Shown here in pieces: positions 1-7,181 of a DNA stretch of 18,493 nucleotides; the stretch's first letter is position 1, and every line of letters begins with the position of its first letter. The notes under the pieces were generated by a model. It searched no databases. It worked only from the letters and a program-made list of their open reading frames with translations, and had not been told where the DNA came from. Made by a program: the position numbers and the translations under genes. The stretch is from Nostoc sp. PA-18-2419 (lineage in GTDB: Bacteria; Cyanobacteriota; Cyanobacteriia; Cyanobacteriales; Nostocaceae): contig NZ_SZNH01000014.1 of NCBI RefSeq assembly GCF_005869855.1, positions 90,447 through 108,939 on the forward strand, written 5' to 3'.

Positions 1-1448
1 TTGCACTGATTACTAGCATTATTTCCCAAGTGATGCTGATTCGCCTTTCTCAGAATGCAGTTTTGCAGTTACGGATGCGTTTGAGTAAGCAAATTCTTGC
101 TTCTGAGTTGAGTCATTTGGAACGTTTGGGAAACCCTCGACTATTGGCAACTCTAACAGAGGATATTCAAGCAGTTGCTAATGCTGTTTATCAGATGCCT
201 TTTTTGTTTATTAATTTAGCGATCGTTTTCGGTTGTATATCGTATATTACCTGGCTTTCTTGGTTGGTACTGCTGATGGTTTGTGCTATTTCCATAGTAG
301 CGATCGCCAGTTGTCAGTGGCTATTAACTAGAGGAGCGAAGTTGCTAGCCTTAGCTCGTGAGGATGAAGATCGGCTGTTTAAGCATTTTCGCACGATTAC
401 CGAAGGAGTCAAGGAACTCAAGCTTAATTATCAGCGGCGTCAAGTTTTTTTAGAAGAAAAACTGCAAGCAACTGCTAGCGAATTTCGTCATCATAATGTT
501 AACGGTCTAACTCTTTTTGCGACAACTTCTAGCTGGGGTCAACTCGTATTCTTTTTTGCGATCGGTTTTGTCTTGTTTGCGCTGCCTAATTTACTTGCTA
601 TTGATTCGCAAACCCTCTCTGGCTACATTTTAACTTTTACTTACTTGGTGTTGCCAATGGATAACATCATCAGTAAACTTCCTTTATTAAGCAAAGCCAA
701 CATTGCCCTGCAAAAAATAGATTCACTGGGTTTATCTTTAGCTAATAGTTCTGAAGTATCGACTGTGCCAACTGCCATTAAATCTTCATGGCACAGCTTA
801 AACTTTAAAAATTTGACTCATACTTACTACACCAATCAAGAAGACAACAGCTTTATTTTTGGCCCCATAGACCTAATATTGTATCCTCAAGAATTAGTCT
901 TCATTGTCGGTGGCAATGGTAGTGGTAAATCTACCTTAGCTAAACTAATTACTGGACTTTATATCCCAGAAAAAGGAGAAATTTGGTTTGATAACGAGTT
1001 AATTAGCGAACAAAATCGAGAATGGTATCGCCAGCATTTTTCCGTTGTGTTCTCTGATTTCTATTTATTCGACGAGCTTTTGGGATTAAAAAATTTCAAA
1101 TTAGATACTCAAGCTGCAAAATATCTCAAACAACTGCAATTAGACCATAAAGTAAAAGTTGAAAATGGACAACTTTCTACCATTGCTCTTTCTCAAGGAC
1201 AACGTAAGCGCCTAGCTCTACTTACAGCATACTTGGAAGATAGACCAATTTATCTATTCGATGAGTGGGCAGCCGATCAAGATCCAATATTTAAAGGAAT
1301 ATTTTATACTCAACTATTACCAGAACTGCGATCGCGCGGTAAAACAGTCTTGGTGATTAGTCACGATGATCGCTATTTTCATTTAGCAGACCGAATTATC
1401 AAACTTGATTATGGACAAATAGAATATAACGAACAAGTAAAAAGTTGA
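1..1448 (+). CDS. Cyclic-peptide/siderophore-type ABC exporter, fused permease + ATPase (5' end cut by the window edge)
   Basis: The reading frame is open from nt 3 (gca ctg att ...), with no stop before the listed GTG at 30, so the gene begins upstream of the window. The first ~230 aa contain several hydrophobic TM segments. They are followed by an NBD with Walker A GGNGSGKST, signature-like LSQGQRKRL, the atypical Walker B/D-loop YLFDEWAADQDP and ISHDDRYF. This combination is characteristic of the SyrD/PvdE/YojI 'cyclic peptide transporter' ABC subfamily. Confidence 0.85.
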   Translation, partial: ALITSIISQVMLIRLSQNAVLQLRMRLSKQILASELSHLERLGNPRLLATLTEDIQAVANAVYQMPFLFINLAIVFGCISYITWLSWLVLLMVCAISIVAIASCQWLLTRGAKLLALAREDEDRLFKHFRTITEGVKELKLNYQRRQVFLEEKLQATASEFRHHNVNGLTLFATTSSWGQLVFFFAIGFVLFALPNLLAIDSQTLSGYILTFTYLVLPMDNIISKLPLLSKANIALQKIDSLGLSLANSSEVSTVPTAIKSSWHSLNFKNLTHTYYTNQEDNSFIFGPIDLILYPQELVFIVGGNGSGKSTLAKLITGLYIPEKGEIWFDNELISEQNREWYRQHFSVVFSDFYLFDELLGLKNFKLDTQAAKYLKQLQLDHKVKVENGQLSTIALSQGQRKRLALLTAYLEDRPIYLFDEWAADQDPIFKGIFYTQLLPELRSRGKTVLVISHDDRYFHLADRIIKLDYGQIEYNEQVKS

Positions 1449-1594
1449 AATTTAAAATGTAAAATAAATTAAGTATAAAATGGTTGCAAGTCATTTAAAT
1501 TTATTTATGTGCAGCACTATTTTTAGATTTAATTTGAAACTTTTTAAGTTTCAACTTGTTTCAGCTACATTTGTTTATTGATCAAATAAAAGTA

Positions 1595-1834
1595 ATGTCT
1601 CAGCAAAAGCCCTTAAATCCGTGGAACTACAAACCTTGGTGGTGTCAACCCTGGTCTATACTGCTCACAGGTGTAATCCTGATTGGTGGTAGCTGGTTAT
1701 TATTTAAAACTATTTGGTTAACAATTCTTGTCTCTATCCCTATAGTCACCTGGATGGTATTTTTTGTGTTAATCTGGCCGCAACTAATTATTCGCAGTGG
1801 GATTTTGGAGTCCTATAAGAATTCTGAATTTTGA
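1595..1834 (+). CDS. Small Trp-rich two-TM membrane protein, conserved hypothetical
   Basis: The ORF track starts at TTG 1556. The in-frame ATG at 1595 (MSQQKPLNPWNYKPWWCQPW...) is the more plausible start. There is a Trp-rich N-terminus and two clear hydrophobic helices (ILLTGVILIGGSWLLF and ILVSIPIVTWMVFFVLIW). I recognise no catalytic motif. Confidence 0.55.
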   Translation: MSQQKPLNPWNYKPWWCQPWSILLTGVILIGGSWLLFKTIWLTILVSIPIVTWMVFFVLIWPQLIIRSGILESYKNSEF

Positions 1835-2139
1835 ATTTTTAACTGAAATAAGTTGGCATTGCAGATAAAGCAGGATGATTTAGCAAATGATAAAATCTCT
1901 TCTCCTACTCCCTCTATGTGCCTAAATTCATCCCCCTGTTTGTTATGCAGGTGATTTGCCAGATATGATATTAAAGGTAGGCAGTATAAAAAATATCAAT
2001 TTTTGACGAAGCACTTTCATCATTTAATAAGTTTTGATAATTTTTAGCTTATTTTGATCGTTTTCACCCTGGCTTTGGGCACAAGACCTTGTAAGCATTT
2101 ACATATTCAGGGAATTTGCACACTGAAAGTCAGAGTTAA

Positions 2140-3354
2140 ATGAACAACAGAGCAAGCCGAAGGCATGAAGAAGATAATGCAATACAATATCTCTGTACAA
2201 GATTCAACCGACTGTTGATTGCCGTTGCAGAGATGTTTCGAGCGTATAGGTTTGACACTCGAGAGAAAATCCTGCGGTTATTGCAAAATTTTCAGCCGAG
2301 CAAACTTTTTTGCCTAAAGTTCAGACTCTCATCTGTGAAAAGACAACTTGTTGCTCTACCTGAAAATGAAGCAGAAAGGCTCAAAGCATTGGAAGATTAC
2401 AGTATTGTCGATACCCTACCTGAACAAGGTTTTGATGATCTGACTGCTCTAGCTGCTTACATTTGTAAGACTCCCATTGCTTTAATTAGTTTAATTGATG
2501 CTGATCGTCAATGGTTTAAATCGAAAATAGGATTAAAAGCTAAGGAAATACCTAGAGATTGGGCTTTTTGCTCCTATACTATTTTGCAACCACAGGAGAT
2601 ATTGGTAGTTACTAACGCCATCAAAGACGAGCGTTTTGTTAACAATCCTTTAGTTACAAATAATCCTAAGATTCGTTTTTATGCTGGTGCGTCGCTAGTT
2701 ACACCCAACGGTTTTGCCATAGGGACATTGTGTGTCATCGATACGATTCCTCGTCAGCTGAGTTCCCAGCAGTTAGATGCACTGTACCGCCTAAGTCGTC
2801 AGACCATTGCCCAGATGGAACTCATCCAGCAAATTCGTAACCGCAAACAAGCGGAAATCGAGGGAAGGCAGTTATCACTAACCGATGAATTAACAGGTTT
2901 ACATAATCGGCGTGGTTTCTTCCTACTGGCTGAACAGCAACTAAAAATTGCTCACCGGATGAAACTGTTGTGCTGGGTGATCTTCATTGATTTAGATGGT
3001 CTAAAACAGATTAACGATACCCTTGGTCACGACATCGGAGATGCCTTAATTATTAATGCTGGTCGATTACTCAAGCAAAGTTTTCGTAACTCAGATATTG
3101 TTGCTCGCTTGGGTGGAGATGAATTTATTGTTTTTATCTCCAGCTACTTCAAAGATGCAGATGGCATACAAGAACATTTGCAAGCAAATATTACCAACTT
3201 CAATCAACAGCAAAACTGTAGTTATCTACTTTCCATGAGTATGGGAATACAGCGTTACTCATCAGAAAGCAATATGTCATTAGAACAACTGGTTGCCAGA
3301 TCTGACGAGTTAATGTACGCTCACAAACGTCTCAAGCGCCAATCTATTAATTAA
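2140..3354 (+). CDS. GAF-domain diguanylate cyclase (GGDEF)
   Basis: The central region ([17 protein letters not shown]...[35 protein letters not shown]...FCSYTI...RFYAGASL) is the GAF type commonly fused to GGDEF. The C-terminal region has [30 protein letters not shown] and an intact active site [10 protein letters not shown]. An RxxD I-site (RNSD) lies exactly 5 residues upstream of GGDEF. The N-terminal ~75 aa are unassigned, and the start codon is uncertain. Confidence 0.85.
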   Translation: MNNRASRRHEEDNAIQYLCTRFNRLLIAVAEMFRAYRFDTREKILRLLQNFQPSKLFCLKFRLSSVKRQLVALPENEAERLKALEDYSIVDTLPEQGFDDLTALAAYICKTPIALISLIDADRQWFKSKIGLKAKEIPRDWAFCSYTILQPQEILVVTNAIKDERFVNNPLVTNNPKIRFYAGASLVTPNGFAIGTLCVIDTIPRQLSSQQLDALYRLSRQTIAQMELIQQIRNRKQAEIEGRQLSLTDELTGLHNRRGFFLLAEQQLKIAHRMKLLCWVIFIDLDGLKQINDTLGHDIGDALIINAGRLLKQSFRNSDIVARLGGDEFIVFISSYFKDADGIQEHLQANITNFNQQQNCSYLLSMSMGIQRYSSESNMSLEQLVARSDELMYAHKRLKRQSIN

Positions 3355-3378
3355 ATTCAGTAAGCCCATTTGTTTTTG

Positions 3379-3969
3379 CTAATTTACTACTTGACTCCCA
3401 TGACTGCGGGGGTCATCTTGAGTAGCCGTTGGAGCTACTGGGGCTGAAAATTTGGAAACTTGCCCACTAGATTGACCATAGGGAAGAGGTGAGCCAGTAA
3501 CTAAAGCCTCTAAGTTGTTAGCCAGAATTGTCCGGGGTTGATCGCCGATCGCTTGGGCGATAGTTTCTCCACCTGGCTTCAAAAACACAAAATGTGGAAT
3601 CCCATCCACGCGATATTTCAACATTTCTGGTAGCCACTTGGTATTATCCACATTTAGCATCACAAAATTCAGCTTGTCAGCATATTGTGTTTCCAGTTGG
3701 GCAATATCTGGCGCCATTTTTTGGCAGACAGTACACCAATCAGCATAAAACTCCACTAAAGATGGTTTACCGTTGGTCATTGCTACTTCTAAGGGTGTGG
3801 AGCTATCACTTAACTTGGGTAGTGAAACTGAAGTTGTTTCAGTTCGCAATCCCAAGAACAGAGCAATGGCCAAAGCGATCGCGACAATTGCAATTAAGAA
3901 GTTTCTCAAACGCTTAGCTAAGGTGGATTCAGACTTTTCGGGAGAATTAGCTGGTAAACCCGTACTCAT
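3379..3969 (-). CDS. txlA: Membrane-anchored thioredoxin-like protein (TxlA / HCF164 family thiol:disulfide interchange protein)
   Basis: An N-terminal TM anchor (FLIAIVAIALAIALFLGL) is followed by a thioredoxin fold with the redox motif WCTVCQ (CxxC) in the context SLVEFYADWCTVCQKMAP. The length and architecture match cyanobacterial TxlA and plant HCF164. Confidence 0.75.
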   Translation of the reverse strand: MSTGLPANSPEKSESTLAKRLRNFLIAIVAIALAIALFLGLRTETTSVSLPKLSDSSTPLEVAMTNGKPSLVEFYADWCTVCQKMAPDIAQLETQYADKLNFVMLNVDNTKWLPEMLKYRVDGIPHFVFLKPGGETIAQAIGDQPRTILANNLEALVTGSPLPYGQSSGQVSKFSAPVAPTATQDDPRSHGSQVVN

Positions 3970-4140
3970 AACACAATTATTACAACTTATTAAGTAGTCT
4001 CTTTTTCAGTTTAACTGACTCGAACCCCTTTCCAGAAAGATTACAATTATGAGTCGTGATTGAATGTTGAGCGATGACTGTTGAGTGTGAACAGTGAGAT
4101 ATTTTTTAGAAAGGAAGTCTTTAGTACGTCACGTCATAAA

Positions 4141-4300
4141 TAGCGCAAAGTCTGTAGACGCTTCTGTGGTGAGGGGGTCGCGGTCTTGGCGGTTTCCGTC
4201 GATTGCGATCCCCCGAACCCGTAGGGCTTCCCGCAGGGTGCGGCGGTTCCCCCTGTAAACGCCCAAAGAGCGGCTTGCCCAAGGCATTAGAACTTTGCAA
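4141..4300. repeat. GC-rich, hairpin-dense intergenic element (dispersed-repeat/MITE-like or structured RNA)
   Basis: By hand count, 80 of the 120 nt between 4161 and 4280 are G or C (~67%), against a ~40% GC background. A closing helix pairs gcaaagt (4145-4151) with actttgc (4292-4298). Internal hairpins are gggggtcgc (4173-4181) with gcgatccccc (4205-4214, one bulge), gaacc (4215-4219) with ggttc (4245-4249), and the mini-hairpins cccgtaggg and cccgcaggg. It shares the exact 13-mer cttcccgcagggt (4227-4239) and the 9-mer agcgcaaag (4142-4150) with the repeat at 17831-17920. Confidence 0.5.
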
Positions 4301-4364
4301 GACGAGCAATCATTTAAAATCTCTAAAAAGCCCAATCCATAATACTTTTGACTTCACGGCGGTA

Positions 4365-4979
4365 CTAGTGTTGATGTACTCGCTCTAGCAACCATAATGA
4401 AGCGACAGTACCCACATAATGGGCAGCAATTCCTGTGATATCAGCCACAGCCACAAAAACATCCATTGGTCGAATAATCCTGTAAGGGTCAGTGATTGCT
4501 ACTCCTGGAGGTTGAGATATAGATTTTGCCACTAGCACTAATACGGTTGAACCAGTACCTAAAAGAGTTAATAATATTCCTACTAAACCTACAACTATCC
4601 CTAAACGCAGAATTTTAGTTGTATCTGGCTTACTCGGATGTAAAGCTAGATTGGGATTTTCTAAAGCTTTGCCGATGCGAGTGTAACGAAAATTCCAATA
4701 GAGACTGAATAACAACACTAATATTCCGCATACAGCCCAAAATATGCCAATTCCAAGACCAGTATTCTGTTGCTGAACCAAACCACGACCAGTCAAGGCA
4801 AACAACAAAGCAAGGACAGAAACCACTCCAATTGCTAATTGTAGCCAGAAACTAATCCAGCCTGTAATCCGAATAGTATTACCAATTCCTCGAGTTTCTG
4901 ATGCTATCGAACGCACTTCTGATTCAGTTTGCATCTCATTCACCATTGAGTTTAATTGCCTTATCCCCTTACTGCTCAC
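4365..4979 (-). CDS. Four-TM membrane protein, DUF3611-like (cyanobacterial/plastid-lineage conserved hypothetical)
   Basis: The ORF is 204 aa with four long hydrophobic helices (WISFWLQLAIGVVSVLALLFAL, GIGIFWAVCGILVLLFSLYW, ILRLGIVVGLVGILLTLLG, VFVAVADITGIAAHYVGTVASLWLL). The size and topology fit what I recall of DUF3611. That family name is from memory only. The true start could be one of the internal Met codons (MVNEMQ). Confidence 0.6.
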   Translation of the reverse strand: MSSKGIRQLNSMVNEMQTESEVRSIASETRGIGNTIRITGWISFWLQLAIGVVSVLALLFALTGRGLVQQQNTGLGIGIFWAVCGILVLLFSLYWNFRYTRIGKALENPNLALHPSKPDTTKILRLGIVVGLVGILLTLLGTGSTVLVLVAKSISQPPGVAITDPYRIIRPMDVFVAVADITGIAAHYVGTVASLWLLERVHQH

Positions 4980-5047
4980 AATATTTCTGTGGTTTGCCCC
5001 ATACCCCCACCTGCAGATAGAATCGGCTCGTAATCTTGGGGAATAGA

Positions 5048-5121
5048 TGAGGAGATGGGGGGCAGAGGTTAGAATAATAACTCCTCAGTCAACAGTTATC
5101 AGTCAACACTCCCAATGCCCA
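5048..5121. repeat. STRR-type heptamer array plus inverted repeat in the intergenic spacer
   Basis: A 7-bp stem pairs tgaggag (5048-5054) with ctcctca (5081-5087). Tandem heptamers are cagtcaa / cagttat / cagtcaa (5086-5106) and contain the STRR3-like word caacagt. The 15-mer cactcccaatgccca (5107-5121) recurs as an exact reverse complement at 13798-13812. Confidence 0.6.
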
Positions 5122-5254
5122 TAATTAAAATCCTGCCAAACGATGAGAAGTTATCAAACTCAAGGATGATGAGTATTTAGCAATTAAATTGACAAAATAA
5201 CTCTATAAAGAGTGATATTTAAGCGGTAGATAGCGCTTGTGAAGGATAAGGAGC

Positions 5255-5728
5255 ATGATTAAATCTTGGATGGTGATTGGGGGTGTGACTTTCTTAGTTG
5301 CTCTAGCAGCTAACGTGATTACACCTAGCGATCGCCAGTGGTTCAAGCGCTTACAACGACCAAGATGGCTAACTTTTGAGGCCGCAATTCCACTTATTTG
5401 GACTGTAATATTTATTTGCGGTGCTTGGTCGGCTTACATTATCTGGGAAAAAAATCCAGGAACCACTCCAACCTGGTTAATCATGGGTTTATATCTGCTG
5501 TTAGAAATTATCACCATTGCCTATACACCCGTAATGTTTAGGCTTCGCAGCCTAAAAGTAGGCACAATTCTCGGTGGCGCAGGTTTTATTATTAGTATTT
5601 TATTGATACTTGCAGTCTTAAGTGTTTCTGGTTGGGCAGCACTGTTACTAGTTCCTTATTTGCTCTGGAGTCCCATTGGAACTTATACCACTTGGCAGAT
5701 GGCTAGTCTCAACCCTCAAGATGCCTAA
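5255..5728 (+). CDS. tspO: TspO/MBR family (tryptophan-rich sensory protein-like) five-TM protein, copy 1
   Basis: The protein is 157 aa. A good RBS (aaggag) lies 6 nt upstream of the ATG. WFKRLQRPRWLTFEAAIPLIWTVIF has the same spacing as the TspO motif W(Y/F)xxLxKPxWxPPxWVFPxxWTxLY. The C-terminal VPYLLW matches the TspO VPYLIW. The length matches bacterial TspO (~158 aa). Confidence 0.75.
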   Translation: MIKSWMVIGGVTFLVALAANVITPSDRQWFKRLQRPRWLTFEAAIPLIWTVIFICGAWSAYIIWEKNPGTTPTWLIMGLYLLLEIITIAYTPVMFRLRSLKVGTILGGAGFIISILLILAVLSVSGWAALLLVPYLLWSPIGTYTTWQMASLNPQDA

Positions 5729-5817
5729 GATTAGCACCAGCGAATGATTTAACATATCCTCTAAATTGTCAAACTTGCAGTGTATCACTTGACAAAATAC
5801 ACAAGCAAGAGTGCAAT

Positions 5818-6291
5818 ATGATTCCATCTTGGATAATAATTGGGGCTGTAAGTTTTTTGGTTGCCCTTGGGAGTTTCTTCATTACACCGGGTGATGTTAA
5901 ATGGTTCGCAAAGTTAAGTCGTCCTCGATGGCTAGTTTTTGAGCCGCTGATTCCATTCATCTGGACTGTGATTTTTATTTGTGGTGCAGTTTCAGCTAAT
6001 ATTGTCTGGCAAAAAAATCTAGGAAGCATAATTACTTGGCTGTTGATGGTTTTGTATCTTTTGGTGGAAATTATCACCGTCGCCTACATACCTGTAATGC
6101 TGAGGTTTCGCAGTCTCAAAGCTGGGGAAATTCTCGGTGTCTTTGGTTTAATTTGTGCCGTTTTCCTTGGTATCTGCGTTTTGGCGATTTCTCAACTAGC
6201 AGCGCTATTACTTCTTCCTTATCTAATTTGGACTCCCATTGGGACTTACACCACAGAAGAGTTAAAGGAATTAAATCCTCAAGATGCTTGA
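5818..6291 (+). CDS. tspO: TspO/MBR family five-TM protein, copy 2 (tandem paralogue)
   Basis: The protein is 157 aa and aligns without gaps to copy 1. My hand count gives 99/157 identical residues (~63%). It has the same WFxKLxRPRW...IWTVIFICGA...LPYLIW motifs and an identical C-terminal LNPQDA. Confidence 0.75.
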   Translation: MIPSWIIIGAVSFLVALGSFFITPGDVKWFAKLSRPRWLVFEPLIPFIWTVIFICGAVSANIVWQKNLGSIITWLLMVLYLLVEIITVAYIPVMLRFRSLKAGEILGVFGLICAVFLGICVLAISQLAALLLLPYLIWTPIGTYTTEELKELNPQDA

Positions 6292-6293
6292 AG

Positions 6294-6352
6294 AAGAATT
6301 CACCAATTCTGAGGCCTTGGCGCAGCGTCTTTGGCTTTGCTGCTGAATTCTT
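6294..6352. terminator. Candidate bidirectional stem-loop between convergent genes
   Basis: A 9-bp inverted repeat pairs aagaattca (6294-6302) with tgaattctt (6344-6352). It encloses a 41-nt loop that has an inner gcagc/gctgc pairing. The element sits between the tspO copy 2 stop (6291) and the dipeptidase stop (6367). There is no clear U-tract. Confidence 0.25.
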
Positions 6353-6366
6353 GTGTAATAACGCAT

Positions 6367-7074
6367 TTAAACAAGACGCCCATAACGTGCGCTGACAGGA
6401 TTGGCTGGATTAGATTGATTATTCAGCCAAGCCCACATTTGATCGCCAAAAGAAAAATGCCACCATTCTCTAGGATTGCGTTGAAACCCTGCTTTTAACA
6501 TTACATCCCATAATAGCTGACGGCGAGCATGATATTTCTCTGCTTCTGGAGAATCGCTATCGGCATAAAAATTGGGATGCGATCGCCTTGACATTTCATC
6601 AATCAGCGAACCCATATTCACTATTTTCCCAGTATCATCTACTAGCGTCACATCCACCGCAGCGCCCGTACTGTGAGGAGGGGGAGTTTTTTCATCCAAA
6701 CTTGGTACAGCCCAAATTTCATAAACCGCTTGCCAAATTTCTTGGCGTTGGTTTGGTGATAACTCTACCTCAGTCAGTCCCCTTTCTTGTACTGCTTGCG
6801 CGAAGCTGTAATCTACCATAAACTGCTGGACTGCGATCGGGCGATAGCCATCAAAAATTTGAATTCGCCACTTCGGATGCAATGATTCAAGATAATTTTG
6901 TGCTTGAATCAAATTTTCAATCACACTTTGACGGAGATAATAGGGAGAGCGATCGCCATAAGGCGCACCTAACTTTTCATAAGGATGGGGAGATTCCACC
7001 GCAAACAATTCTAAAGGAATCGCTAGTAGCGGTTCACCACATTCAAAAATCGGAATTTGATGATAAGGCCTCAT
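6367..7074 (-). CDS. D-alanyl-D-alanine dipeptidase, M15D metallopeptidase (VanX/DdpX-like)
   Basis: The zinc/catalytic motifs of the VanX family are present: HSTGAAVD (H-x6-D, equivalent to VanX SxHxxGxAxD) and EWWHF (VanX EWWHY). The size (235 aa) is compatible with the family. Confidence 0.8.
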   Translation of the reverse strand: MRPYHQIPIFECGEPLLAIPLELFAVESPHPYEKLGAPYGDRSPYYLRQSVIENLIQAQNYLESLHPKWRIQIFDGYRPIAVQQFMVDYSFAQAVQERGLTEVELSPNQRQEIWQAVYEIWAVPSLDEKTPPPHSTGAAVDVTLVDDTGKIVNMGSLIDEMSRRSHPNFYADSDSPEAEKYHARRQLLWDVMLKAGFQRNPREWWHFSFGDQMWAWLNNQSNPANPVSARYGRLV

Positions 7075-7082
7075 CTTCTCTT

Positions 7083-7160
7083 TCTTTGCGCCTCTGTCTT
7101 GGAAAGTTCTGCTCGCCGGAAGCCTCTGCTCAGACTTTCCCCTGCGCCTCTGCGTGAGCT
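7083..7160. repeat. Small dispersed GC-rich repeat filling the divergent promoter region
   Basis: There is an internal direct 10-mer tgcgcctctg at 7087-7096 and 7143-7152. The 9-mer cctctgcgt (7147-7155) is the reverse complement of acgcagagg at 17907-17915. The element occupies most of the 107-bp spacer between the divergent starts at 7074 and 7182. Confidence 0.45.
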
Positions 7161-7181
7161 TTTCATAACATTGATTCAGTA

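Noticed and set aside
3056-3997. ORFs 3056-3238 (+), 3594-3917 (+) and 3773-3997 (+) inside or antisense to the GGDEF and txlA genes.
   Set aside because: They are fully embedded in, or antisense to, CDSs with clear catalytic motifs. Their translations are low-information.
4010-4040. A tRNA-like T-loop word (actcgaacc) on the minus strand.
   Set aside because: The flanking 5-nt arms (aactg and cccct) are not complementary, and no acceptor or anticodon arms can be built.
4215-4249. The GAACC...GGUUC hairpin as a group II intron domain V, or the element as SRP/6S RNA.
   Set aside because: Only 5 bp pair at the base before the helix breaks into two mini-hairpins. There is no AGC triad/GNRA arrangement of domain V, no SRP domain IV motif (GGAA...AGCA) and no RT or intron ORF nearby.
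4121-4388. Three ORFs across the GC-rich element: 4121-4309 minus, 4129-4335 minus and 4203-4388 plus.
   Set aside because: They overlap one another on both strands and lie exactly on the GC-rich repeat. Their Pro/Arg/Gly-rich translations (e.g. GEPPHPAGSPTGSGDRNRRKPPRPRPP) are typical of translated GC-rich non-coding repeats. None has an RBS context.
5769-6395. ORFs 5769-6077 (minus) and 6036-6395 (plus) overlapping tspO copy 2.
   Set aside because: They are shadow or alternative-frame ORFs of a gene with strong family motifs and a paralogue. They have no motifs of their own.
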